A stretch of 63,756 nt of DNA, filler included, from Neolecta irregularis DAH-3 (taxonomy: Eukaryota): NCBI GenBank assembly GCA_001929475.1. It is 7 parts of 7 records of this genome, joined end to end, with 100 filler letters (N's around TTAATTAATTAA, not from the genome) between each part and the next. Parts side by side here need not be neighbours in the genome. Positions count along the whole stretch, not along the records: positions 32,092 to 44,598 come from LXFE01003595.1; positions 44,699 to 56,042 come from LXFE01000407.1; 5 more parts are not named here. One strand, 5' to 3'. The notes under the pieces were generated by a model. It made no database searches. It was given only the letters and a program-made list of their open reading frames with translations, and was not told the origin of the DNA. A program made the translations under genes and the position numbers. Shown here piece after piece: positions 37,675 to 49,627 of the stretch (within the stretch, counting starts at the first letter, position 1; every line of letters begins with the position of its first letter).

Positions 37675-40600
37675 ATGTACGACAATATCAATCTGAACAT
37701 CTAATACAGAAGGTCTGACTACGCTGCATCTCGCAGCGCAGATTATGGGCCATCGGATTTATCGGTTAACATCAAAAAAGCAACCAGTATTGAAGAAACA
37801 GCTCCAAAACAAAAGCATGTTCGAAGCAAGATATTAAAAGTGTCCGCTATTGACGAGCAGGCTGTATTTTATACACATGGGACCACCAAACCTCGCAAGC
37901 TTTTTGGACTGGAGTAAAAGTCCAGCCTATTCTTTCCGACGAGGTTCAGATATTCAAAGCTTTAATTATGATCCATAAAGTTCTCCAAGATGGACACCCT
38001 AGTGTGCTTCAGGAGGGGCAGTCTCAGACACATTGGATTGAAACATGTGCAAGGTCAGTTTCAGGAGATGGGTATCGAGGTATTGCGGTATTGAAATTTT
38101 TGGTCTGAATCCAGGTTACGGACCTCTAATCAAATGCTACGTCAGATTCCTTTTAGGAAAACTCAATTTCCACCGCCTGCATCCAGAGTTTAATGGTAAA
38201 ACCTGTCTCACTCATACCTGACTGTCAAGGTACTTTCGAGTACGAAGAATATGTAAGCTTGAAGAATGTTAACGATCCAAACGAAGGGTATAGATCTCTG
38301 GATCAAGCCCAGACGCTCATATACAACAGATATGAGACAATTACCAATCTTATGCAGTTACAAGACCAAATCGACAGTTTTCAACGCCTCATTTTCGCGC
38401 ATTTTCGGGGTGGGTCTAATAACGAGTGTCGGATAGCAGCTTTGGTGCCTTTAGTCAAAGAAAGCTACGGGATTTATAAGTTTGCCACGAGTATGCTACG
38501 TGCAATGCACTCGGGTATCGTTGTTGTGGATGTCATCACTTACATCGACAGTTACGGAGTCTGATGAAGCCTTGGAACCTCTCAGGACAAGATATAATGC
38601 CCAACACTACCGCTTATTGAAGTTCTATTATGAGTGCTCTAACGTCCGTTACCTTACTAGTTTAATTGCTGTACCAAAACTGCCACAGGTAATTGGTTTC
38701 TTTATGTTCTGATGATGAAGGACCCTCCAGACGTTTTCGAAGATTCACCCGCTCTCCCTCGTAGACCCACCGAAAAACCTCAAACCCCTTCTCCTAAAGC
38801 CACCACGCCGGCGCAGGTGGAGCCTATCAGTGACTTCTGGAGTACAGAAAAAGCTCAAAAACAAGCTCAACAAGAATATGAAGAACAACAACGCCAGTTT
38901 CAGGCTCAGCGCGATGCAGAACTACAAAGACAGCAGATGTTGGCTCTCCAGCAGCAACGAGAGTTTGAGGACCAACAGCGACTTCAAATTGAGCAACAAA
39001 GGCTTGCTCAGGAACAGTTGATGCATGACCAACTTCAACGTCAAGCACAAGGCCGTGCTGCGGAATTGGAAAGGGAAATTCTGGCCATGAGAGGACAGTA
39101 TGAACGTGACCAATTGATGTTGGAGCAATATGATCGGGTATTCATATATAGCTGTACCATGCACTCACATAATAGAGAGTCAAAGCACTGGAAATGGAGA
39201 TGCAGCAGCTTGATAGTAGCAATCACCAGCAAAATGTCGCCAAAGACGACCTAATACAGTCACTGCAAGGTGCATGATTTACTTCGGGCATGACTGATGA
39301 TTTAGAGCAGATAAAGATGTGGAAGAACAAATATGAAGCTCTAGCAAAATTATATTCGCAGCTTCGACAAGAACATCTGGACCTTCTTGGAAAGTTCAAA
39401 CAAATGCAACTAAAGGCAGCTTCTGCTCAAGAAGCAATCGATAAGAAGGAACGTATAGAGCGAGAGATGAAAACAAAGAACCTTGAATTGGCAGACATGA
39501 TACGTGAAAGAGATCGGGCCAGGTATGAATTGGATAAAGTCAAAGATGTAAATTCTTGTCCTCGTCATCAACTGAAACATCAGAGTCAAAAAGATGAAGT
39601 CGAAAAAGTTAGAAGAGAACTTCGGTTTACTCAAGAGAAAGTCGACCAGGCAGAAAAATCTAAAACCGAATTATCGGATGTCATCTCAAGGTATAAGCAG
39701 GTGATTGATGATCTTGAAAGGCAAATACGTTCAAATAAAGACGCTCTTGAGGAATCTATCAAGGCCGTGCAGAATAAAGATCTGGAACTTGATGCTGCCC
39801 TACGAGAGAAAGAAGAAGAGCTTGAGATTTATAAGACTGGGATGGATGAATCACTCTTACAGTTAAATGAGCTGAGATTGGCATGATATGCAGTCCTTCT
39901 CGACTAACATAGCAGAATCATCAAGATACAGATAATGCAATGGACTCACAGATTGATGCTCTCCTCCTAGATCATCTTCAAAAGCTAAATGAGATCATTG
40001 GTATATATCATCCTGGGTTATACACTGATTACAGATGCTGTTCTTCGAAATGCTGTCTCGAGACTGGACAACTCCTTGTTCGAATTAGATTCACCTATGC
40101 AAGCCGGGAATCAGAATTCAACTGCCGAGTATCTCCTTTCTATGATCGAGAATGGAAGTTCGACAGCGACTGAATTCGCCACGGCATTCAATCATTTCGT
40201 TGCCGATGGACCAAACGGTGACCATTCAGCAATCATACAAACTACGAATATATTTGCAAGCGCCATAAATGATGTTCTTATCAACACGAAGGGAATTAGT
40301 CGGTTGGCCACCGATGATTCAAAGGCAGACGAAATTGTGAACACTGCTCGGCTAGCTGCGATTGCTGCTCAAGGCTTCTTCAAAAGCTTAGCATCATCTA
40401 AACTGAAGAATGTATCTGTAGACCAGAAAACTGAAATAGTAATCACGGGAAACCTCGAAGTGCAGAAAGCCTTGCAGCGGTTGTCCCAATTAACTGAATC
40501 TTATGGTTCTAAAAAAATCAACATCCGACAAACTGCGGACATTGCAGAGCTCGTTGACCAGGAACTTCGAGAAACGGCCGAAGCTATTGATCGGGCCACA

Positions 40601-41266
40601 GAAAGATTGACGGCTTTGTTGAAAGGTTCGAAAGATCCCAAAATCTCGTCCGCAGATCTCCAAGTTAATGATGCAATCTTGGAAGTTGCAATCGCTATAA
40701 CCAATGCAATCGCGCGGCTCATCAAAGCCGCCACAGAGTCTCAACAGGAAATCGTTGCTCAAGGCCGGGGAAGTAATACTAGAACTGCATTTTATAAACG
40801 AAACAATCGCTGGACCGAAGGGTTAATATCCGCTGCCAAAGCGGTGGCTATGGCCACCAATATCCTAATCGAAACTGCAGACGGAGTTATCAATGGTCGA
40901 AATAGCGTGGAACGGCTAATTGTCGCCTCGAATGAAGTAGCCGCGGCTACTGCTCAGCTTGTGGCTGCCTCCAGAGTTAAATCTTCATTTATGTCTAAGA
41001 GTCAAGAGCGGCTTGAATCCGCTTCAAAAGCTGTGACAACTGCATGTCGGGCTCTTGTTCGCCATGTACAGGAGGTCATCGCTAAACGGTCCAGAACGGC
41101 TCAAGAAGACGTCAACTTCGAAGGAATGGGTTCTCATGAATTCAAGGTCAGAGAGATGGAGCAACAGGTAGAAATTTTGAAATTGGAGAACGATTTATCA
41201 AATGCAAGGCGGGTCCTAGGTGAAATGCGGAAAGTCTCGTATTATCGGCAAGAAGATGAAGCATGA
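37675..41266 (+). CDS. SLA2: Endocytic adaptor Sla2/End4 (ANTH, coiled coil, I/LWEQ; multi-exon)
   Basis: IKKATSIEETAPKQKHVRSCILYTWDH; WKNKYEALAKLYSQLRQEH; FYKRNNRWTEGLISAAKAVA; EMEQQVEILKLE. Confidence 0.97.
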
Positions 41267-42066
41267 TAAAGTAGTTATTGTATATCGCAACGTTAGGCTA
41301 TCGCAATCAAGATTTGACCATTTGATCTTCTCTTTAGAACCTTGTGTCACCTTTCCATTGCCAGCATTCACCCCAGACAGGTTTCATCACAAGCAGAGTC
41401 GGAGTATGTTTCAGTAATTCAGCTAAAAACATTTGAAGGTCTTAGAGGATCATGCTTTATACTTACTTACTTTATACCCAGCAGCGGGTTAAACATGGCT
41501 TTTCGAAAGAATTTAGAATAGACTGTGTCTATGTTCCGGTTTTACCTTCTGACATCGTAAGTGAATATGTCGATGTATCTTACCATATGTCAGTTTTCCA
41601 CAGGCTACATTCACAAATTCAGGACGTGGACAACCCTCTATAGACAAAGCAAGCTCGCGTCTAAATTTATCATATGAAAGGTAGTTTCTCTTTTGATTGC
41701 GTTGTTGGATGATCTTTCGTAAAAAAGCAAGGAGCAGGGTTTTAAATCATGAACGACATGTCGATTTTTCCCTTCCACTGTCGTTCATCACGAACAGGAT
41801 TGGAGAGGCATGAAATAAAGTAGCGTTCTTATCAATCTTTATGTATCATCCTTTACGTTATGAGCTAACCTTATCAGGTTGTATTGACGCGGGTAAACCT
41901 ATCCTTTGTCTTAAAGGAATGAATGCATTGTCCGTTGGCGGTGAGACAGACATTCAAATCCGGAAACGTTGAACTACTTGACAATCCGGCTTCGCACATA
42001 TAAAAAACTCTTCTTCGCCTTATCGAAGAAATAGCTAAATTTCCACTATTCCTGCGACCTGCATCA

Positions 42067-43059
42067 ATGGGCGCATCTTCACGAAACTCTACTCTATTCC
42101 TTTCCCAATGTAACAAGTGGTCCGTTACAAAGTCAAAGCGTCGAGCGTCATCCCTTAGTCGGCCTGCATCCGCTCCTCCTGCTGTTGCTCTACAGTTGTT
42201 TGAATCGGAGAAAAGAGCACCTCAGAATGATTCTTCAACGCTTACCATCATCCAAGAGTTGGACGGCAAGAACCAAATACCCTTGAGCGATCTCTCAGCA
42301 GTACCCACCAATCCCCCTTCACCTTCCAATAGAGCTCTTCGAGACGTTCTTACAGCAAAGTACAGGCGTCAACATCCCGGAAATGAAGCATCTCGATCCT
42401 CATCGCCTTCACGAGCACGATCGGAATCAAGTAGGCGTAGAGGCGTTGTCAAGTTTCCTTCTCGCCCTAATAATGCATTCTTTCTCTTTCGCGCAGATAT
42501 GATTAGGAAACCCGACCTGCAAGGCTTTACCCAGAGCCAGCTGTCCGGTATACTCGCAGAGCTATGGAGTAAAGAGCGTGAAGAAGTAAAGCTACATTAT
42601 CGGAAGAAAGCTGAAATCGAAAAACAACTATATCTTCAAAAACAAAGAGAAATGAAAAATTCCGCAGCCGATAGTAATTTCGATCTGCTCGATGCCTCGC
42701 TCGCCGTCTCGTATCCGTCTCCGCCCAGTGACGATATCACTGATCTGCCCCATATTCCTTCATATACTTGGGAAAGCATATCGCCACCTGTTGCCTCATA
42801 CACCGATTTGCTCAACTCAAATTACGGGAATCTTGAATTTTCCGAGGGCCCTTGGTTTCTGAATTCCGGCGATCTGCCTTCGCCTGATAGCCAAGGTCAG
42901 GCCGACTCGCCTTTAGAAATTGGATGGTTGATGCCTGATAATTATACTCAACTACAGTATCAGTATTTGACGCAGACGCCATTGGATTTACAATTCCAGT
43001 CTAGCAATTCACCGCCGTCACTGTGGCATAATGAGAGTCCGAATACTGCCTTTGGATAA
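42067..43059 (+). CDS. HMG-box transcription factor, probable mating-type protein (Mc/MAT1-2-1-like)
   Basis: PSRPNNAFFLFRA..QSQLSGILAELWSKEREEVKLHYRKKAEIEK HMG box; acidic Pro/Ser-rich C-terminus; adjacent to SLA2. A short extra 3' exon to about 43126 is possible. Confidence 0.8.
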   Translation: MGASSRNSTLFLSQCNKWSVTKSKRRASSLSRPASAPPAVALQLFESEKRAPQNDSSTLTIIQELDGKNQIPLSDLSAVPTNPPSPSNRALRDVLTAKYRRQHPGNEASRSSSPSRARSESSRRRGVVKFPSRPNNAFFLFRADMIRKPDLQGFTQSQLSGILAELWSKEREEVKLHYRKKAEIEKQLYLQKQREMKNSAADSNFDLLDASLAVSYPSPPSDDITDLPHIPSYTWESISPPVASYTDLLNSNYGNLEFSEGPWFLNSGDLPSPDSQGQADSPLEIGWLMPDNYTQLQYQYLTQTPLDLQFQSSNSPPSLWHNESPNTAFG

Positions 43060-43532
43060 TGAAAAGCTGACCCTTAGATCCATACTTTCATGGTCATTAT
43101 GACGAAGCCAACTTCGGCAAAGTTTGAAGTAGTTGAAACATCATGTATCATGTTAGTGCTATTTGTGTTTAAGTTTGAACTGCATTTTGTATAAGCACGG
43201 CATCATTTTGTGTATCATAGGTCTTCTCTTGTCAATCAGGAGTTTCCGAGTCATTTATGGATGATTTGATAGCAGAGCACAGCAGAAAGTCTGAATTGTT
43301 CAATTTTCTAAGCAGCAAAAGGTGATCTTCAAAGAAGTTTCTCCTGCGGTCTTTGAACGTGTGACCCTGTCAAAAGCTAATCAAGCCTTCTAATTTGGGT
43401 AAAACGCGAATATTAGTGGCGGCTTACTGACGTCCAGACAATTTAGTTCTGTTTTTTCATTGTGCAAAATAACTCTCAGGGGTTAATTGTTCTTCAAGTG
43501 GCGTAGCTGCATAATGTTGACTCGGTCCCAGC

Positions 43533-43572
43533 CTTTGTTAGAAGACGCCCTTTGTTCAAAACTATAACTATA
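43533..43572 (+). promoter_or_regulatory. Two CTTTGTT (TR-box core) motifs plus TATA-like elements
   Basis: CTTTGTT at 43533-43539 and 43550-43556, followed by CTATAACTATAA, about 60-80 bp before the homeodomain ATG. Confidence 0.5.
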
Positions 43573-43612
43573 AGGGATCCGCCACGCCTTGCTCTCCAGA
43601 ACACTGCCTTCC

Positions 43613-44257
43613 ATGAACGCCGATCAGCCCATAAATCCACATCAGATTTCTGATCTATTGAATCGTAGACGTATCCTTGTCTCGATGCTTGAAAGCGTCA
43701 TTCAAATTCGTCAAGAGCTGCTGCATAAATATGAACATGCGAACATAGCCCGCTCAGCACGCATGATCATGGAGGTTGTTCGTGATATTCGAAACCTAGA
43801 ACGACAGCGGGAATTCGACAATCCAGAGGGTTGTTTGGCAGCCGGTATAAACCAAGTAGCTCGTCAGCTTGTCGATATTTGCATGACGCGGCAACGCCTT
43901 CAAGGTATCTTTGCTGCAGCGTTCTTTGTCTTACCAGTAGATAGTTCCCATCGCATCAGTCGTACTCTCACCAAAGAACTCCGGCCACGCGTTCCGGACA
44001 AATCGATAAAAAAGGCTTCTTCGTCATCTAAATATTCGGCAAATTCTACTCGCATTCTGAAGAATTGGTTTCTGCAACATGTTGAACATCCATATCCAAC
44101 TGAGAACGAGAAGTTTGAATTATGTCGACAAACAGGTCTTCGTTTGAATCAATTAAATATGTGGTTCACAAATGCACGTAGGCGTTCTCAAGGTGGTGCC
44201 AAGTTTCGTAAGGAAGTAGTGTCCGAGAAACTTCTCCCTCTCGTATCCCAAAATTAA
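43613..44257 (+). CDS. TALE/HD1 homeodomain protein, probable mating-type protein (Pi/alpha2-like)
   Basis: ILKNWFLQHVEHPYPTENEK..L...TGL..NQLNMWFTNARRR; N-terminal region looks helical; intronless. Confidence 0.85.
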   Translation: MNADQPINPHQISDLLNRRRILVSMLESVIQIRQELLHKYEHANIARSARMIMEVVRDIRNLERQREFDNPEGCLAAGINQVARQLVDICMTRQRLQGIFAAAFFVLPVDSSHRISRTLTKELRPRVPDKSIKKASSSSKYSANSTRILKNWFLQHVEHPYPTENEKFELCRQTGLRLNQLNMWFTNARRRSQGGAKFRKEVVSEKLLPLVSQN

Positions 44258-44876
44258 CAGTCTTGGAGAATTCGCGATAGAAAAAAACTCTTGTATATAT
44301 CAGGGCAGGCTAGTTTTTGTATTTGCTTTCTTTTGTAGATATTGTCAATTGTCATTGTATCATCCCTCAAATCTTCAACCTGGGTGAATTACATCAAATG
44401 GTAGTAGTATATACGTTCACTCATAAGTTCATGTCGATCATTTCCGGGATATCCACTCGAAGGTTAGCTGGCTTCGTTTACATGTGGAAATCGCACGGTA
44501 GTTCTACGCAGCATCAACAACATATCTTGATAACAAGTATTCACCGCGGAAGGCTGGAGAGAAGCGACGGCGAGTGCGGTATGCGGCGGTGTCGGATGNN
44601 NNNNNNNNNNNNNNNNNNNNNNNNNNNNNNNNNNNNNNNNNNTTAATTAATTAANNNNNNNNNNNNNNNNNNNNNNNNNNNNNNNNNNNNNNNNNNNNGG
44701 GGGGTGTCGCTTAAATGGGTGTTGAGCTTAATGCATCTTCTTTTCTTTTCTCGGATTTTCTCTAATAATTCGAGTCAGTTAGCAGGATATGATGAGTGAG
44801 CCATTCCAAGGATTCAGGGTTTTGTGGCTGGCGGAATTCAATATTGTACCCTGCGTAACGACAATCAGGTCTGCCA

Positions 44877-47800
44877 ATGACACCTTCCAAAATCAATATC
44901 GCGATCGATAGGGGTGTTTGTTCAACGTCTATTCTACTCTGAGTTCTGATATGCAAAGGGAACATTTACGGACTGTATCGGAGTCAGTCAAGGAAGAGAT
45001 GATATTGTGATCAAGCTTCTTTCAGTCAATCCAGATAACTACGATGACGCTCCGATTGAAGGCATCAGGAAAATTCTAGAAAAGCATACTGGGAAGAGGA
45101 TTGGACGAGATGAGATGATACAAAGTGAATTGATTGGTATCAGAGAGTTCTATAACCATTGCTTATATACAGAATCCATAAGAATGGGAACAACAGGTAA
45201 TCTCTTTTGAACGTCGCAATTACCCAATTATAGTGGCTACAAATGCTCTTCTTGAACGCAAAGGTGAACGTTGTGCCTTGTTTATAACAAAAGGATTCAA
45301 AGATTTATTGGCAATCGGTTTGTTATCCCAAGTCAAGATTAACTGTTCTAGGGAATCAAAGTCGACCTCGGATATTCGACCTGGCGATCCACAAACCAGA
45401 TGTCTTGTATTCACAAGTCATTGAAGTAGATGAGCGAGTTACTCTAGAGAATTATTCTGAAGATCCCAACAAGGATGAGTTGGAGATTAATAAATCAGAT
45501 CCAGCTATATTCAAGGGCATATCTGGAGAACCTATTCGAGTGCTCAAAGTTCTTGACGAAAGCGCAGTCAAATCCGACCTCAAACGGCTTTACCACGAAG
45601 GTTTTCGGAGTATCGCAGTCTGCTTGCTGCACTCTTACACATTCTCAGGTGCCATCTTTAAAATTTTCTTTCATCTTAACATCTTCAGATCACGAGGATA
45701 AAATTAGAAAGTTGGCTGAAGAAATCGGTTATCGTCACATCTCTCTATCATCAAAACTTATGCCGATGATCAAGATTGTTCCTCGAGGAACTTCCTCAAC
45801 GGCTGATTCATACCTTAGCCCAGTCGTCCGTCAGGTATGACATGATGGTTCGAGTGGTGATAAATCAGTATCTCAGTGGCTTTTCGAATGGTTTCAGAGG
45901 GCGTCTTGGAGGAGAAGCTGCCCGTGAACACAACGGTCCTCGCTGTGAGTTTATGCAAAGTGACGGTGGTCTCGTCGACATCGAACGCTTCTCGGGATTA
46001 AAAGCAATTCTCAGTGGGCCAGCTGGCGGTGTCGTTGGTTACGCTCGAACATCGTATGACGCAGATACTAAAGTACCAGTCATTGGATTTGACATGGGTG
46101 AATTATCTTATTGCGTAATTCTTACTTCGAGGCGGAACGAGCACAGACGTATCACGATATGCCGGCTCTCTCGAACATGTCTTTGAGACTACCACAGCTG
46201 GAGTTACGATTCAAAGTCCTCAACTCGACATCAACACTGTATGGATTTTGAGTAAACGACTTCTGATCAATCTTTAGGTGGCAGCTGGCGGTGGCAGCTT
46301 ACTGCACTGGATGAATGGCCTATTTGTCGTCGGACCCGACAGTGCTGGGGCGCATCCAGGACCAGCATGTTATCGAAAAGGCGGCCAGTTGACAGTAACA
46401 GACGCAAACCTTTTCCTTGGCCGTTTAGTCCCTGAATTCTTTCCCAAGATTTTTGGTCCGAAAGAAAACGAGCCTTTAGATCTCGAGGCCCCAAAGAAGC
46501 TGTTGCAGGAAATGTGCGACTTGATCAATCAAGAACTTGGAGATAACAAGTTGACTCTTGACGAAACGGCTTATGGATTCATTAAAGTTGCGAACGAAGC
46601 CATGGCACGACCTATCCGGGCTTTGACTGAGGCAAAAGGCTATGATGTCTCGAAGCATCGTCTTGCTACTTTTGGTGGAGCAGGCGGACAGGTATTGGTC
46701 TTGGCTGAAAGGTATGACTAACTCTCTAGCACGCATGTGCGATTGCTCAGTCTCTCGGGATTAGTCAGATTTTAGTACATCGATATTCATCTGTCCTGTC
46801 GGCTTATGGAATGGCTCTCGCCGATGTCGTTCATGAGATCCAAGAGCCATGCGCTGAAACATGGGACAAAAATTCCAAAGAATCTTGGATTACAAGGATG
46901 GAGGAACTCAAAAAGAAGACTACTGAAAACCTTCGCGATCAAGGATTTTCAGAAAACCAAATCAAACATGAACTTTATCTCAATATGCGGTATCAGGGAA
47001 CTGATACGTCTCTCATGATTGTTAAGCCTGAAGGCGGATGGTCGTTTGGTGAAGCGTTCGTAGAGCAACATGAAGAAGAATTTGGATTCACACTGCACCG
47101 TAACATTATTATCGATGATATTCGTGTTCGAGGGATTGGAATGGCTGCCCGCATCACTGAAGAATCCATCGACAAGCAATTGAAAAGAAACACTTTTGTA
47201 AATGTGGATTCAGCTAAGGCGCACACTGTATCAAAGGTCTATTTTGAAGGAGGTCGATTAGACACACCAGTATATGAATTAGAAGCATTATCTACAAGAG
47301 ATGAGGTCGCTGGCCCTGCACTCATCATCGACGATAACTTGACAATAATTATCACTCCGAATGCTAACGCTCGCATTCTTGATACCCATGTTATCATAAA
47401 CCTGGGAAAAGACGAAACAGCACCAATCTCCAAATCAAAGTTGGCAAACACTCAGTTAGATCCTGTTATGTTGAGTATATTTTCTCACCGTTTCATGTCG
47501 ATTGCAGAACAAATGGGGCGAACTCTACAGAAGACTTCTATCAGCACCAATATCAAGGAAAGATTGGACTACTCATGTGCTTTATTTGATTCAAACGGGG
47601 GTCTTGTTGCAAATGCGCCTCATCTTCCTGTACATCTTGGTTCGATGAGTACATGTATCGTCCGACAATCAGAAATTTGGAAGGGAAAGCTTAGTCCCGG
47701 TGACGTTCTTGTTACAAATCACCCAGATTCTGGAGGAACGCATTTGCCTGATATCACTGTCATTACTCCTGCTTTCAGCGGCAACGAGATAATCTTTTAC

Positions 47801-49304
47801 GTTGCTAGTCGAGCACATCATGCCGACATTGGAGTAAAGTATCTTCACAACTTTTGGCTGATCGTAAGGGTATTCTCCCTGGTTCGATGCCTCCAACTTC
47901 TAAAGAACTCTTTGAGGAAGGTGCCGCAATATATAGCTCGAAACTTGTGAAAAAAGGAAAGTTTGACGAGGAGGGAGTGACCAATCTTTTATTGCATGAG
48001 CCTTCAAAATTACCTGGTTGCAGTGGAACGAGGTGTCTTCGAGATAATATTAGCGATCTAAAAGCTCAAGTGTCAGCAAATAAGAGGGGTATCGATTTAA
48101 TCAAAGTATTAGTCGAGGATTATGGCGAGGATGTTGTGCAGGTATCGGATCCTTTTTGTGAGTGCTCAATACCAAGTTTTACATGCGCTCGATTCAGAAG
48201 AATGCTGAGAATGCAGTGCGAAATTTGTTGAAAGATGTCTCAATGCGGTTCAAAGGAGAGAATCTTAGGGCCACAGATTATATGGATGACGGAACTCCCA
48301 TTTCTCTCAATATCACTATCAATGGTGACATGGGGGAAGCTGTTTTCGATTTTGAAGGGACAGGTCCAGAGGTCTATGGCAGGTTCTGTGATTCAACTTC
48401 ATTTAATATGTCCAGGGAACACGAATGCTCCAGAAGCAATCACATATTCCGCAATTATTTATTGCCTTCGCTCGTTGATTTCCGATGACATTCCCCTTAA
48501 CCAGGGATGTCTGTTACCGATACGTGTCTGCATCCCAAAATATTCGTTGCTGTCGCCTTCTTCCGGTGCTGCTGTTGTAGGAGGGAATGTTCTTACAAGT
48601 CAACGGGTGACTGATGTCATTCTCAAAGCCTTTCGTGCATGTGCGGCGAGTCAAGGCGATTGCAATAATCTCACGTTTGGGACCGACTACTTTGGATACT
48701 ACGAGACTATTGCTGGCGGTGCTGGTGCTGGACCAAGTTGGGATGGGCAGAACGGTGTTCATACACATATGGTACATTCTATACAACCTAATCTGATCGT
48801 GATTTAGACAAACACCCGAATCACTGATCCTGAAATCCTCGAACGACGGTATCCAGTTATTCTTCATCAGTTTGCTTTTCGGGAAGGTTCTGGCGGAATT
48901 GGTCAACATCGTGGAGGCAATGGACTTATTCGCGAGATTGAATTTCGTATACCATGCCAAGTATCTATTCTTTCAGAACGTCGAGTACATCGTCCGTATG
49001 GAATGAATGGAGGAGGAGATGGCCAGTGTGGATTAAATCTTTGGGTCCGAAAAGGGAGTGACAGTAAATATAAAATCGTCAATCTTGGCGGGAAGAACAC
49101 GGCCAGAATGACGCATGGCGAGAGAATCATAGTTTGCACTCCAGGTATTTTTCAGTTCCTACCATAGTACCTAATCTCATAGGTGCTGGCGCATGGGGGT
49201 TTTCGTCGACTACATCACAGAAAGAGAAGCAAAAAGACCATACATATGCGTGGTTGGGCAAAGGAAGCGCAATCTCGTATCAGTCTGCTCAAGAGTCTGC
49301 ATGA
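44877..49304 (+). CDS. OXP1: 5-oxoprolinase (ATP-hydrolysing; multi-exon)
   Basis: [68 protein letters not shown]. Confidence 0.96.
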
Positions 49305-49627
49305 GCAGCGGAGCTGTATGGCGATATTTTAAGTTACAAAACATATTCCTCTTTCTCTATTCAGGTCACCTAGTTCAATCAAGTACATGAAACGCATACA
49401 AGTACTATATACTTCAAACCCTGATAACCACAATGCAACTAAGCTGCAGGAATTGAATATAAATTCACGTGATTCGAACCAGGTATATAAATGCTCTGTC
49501 CAGCTTTCCCCGTGAAAGGGGAGAAGAGAGTTGAATCAGCCTATCAACCAGAAAAAACACTGTACAGCCTGCCTTGATTCAAACAAACTCCTAGAAAAGA
49601 TGTCCCTATGAGGAAAAACTGTGTAAT

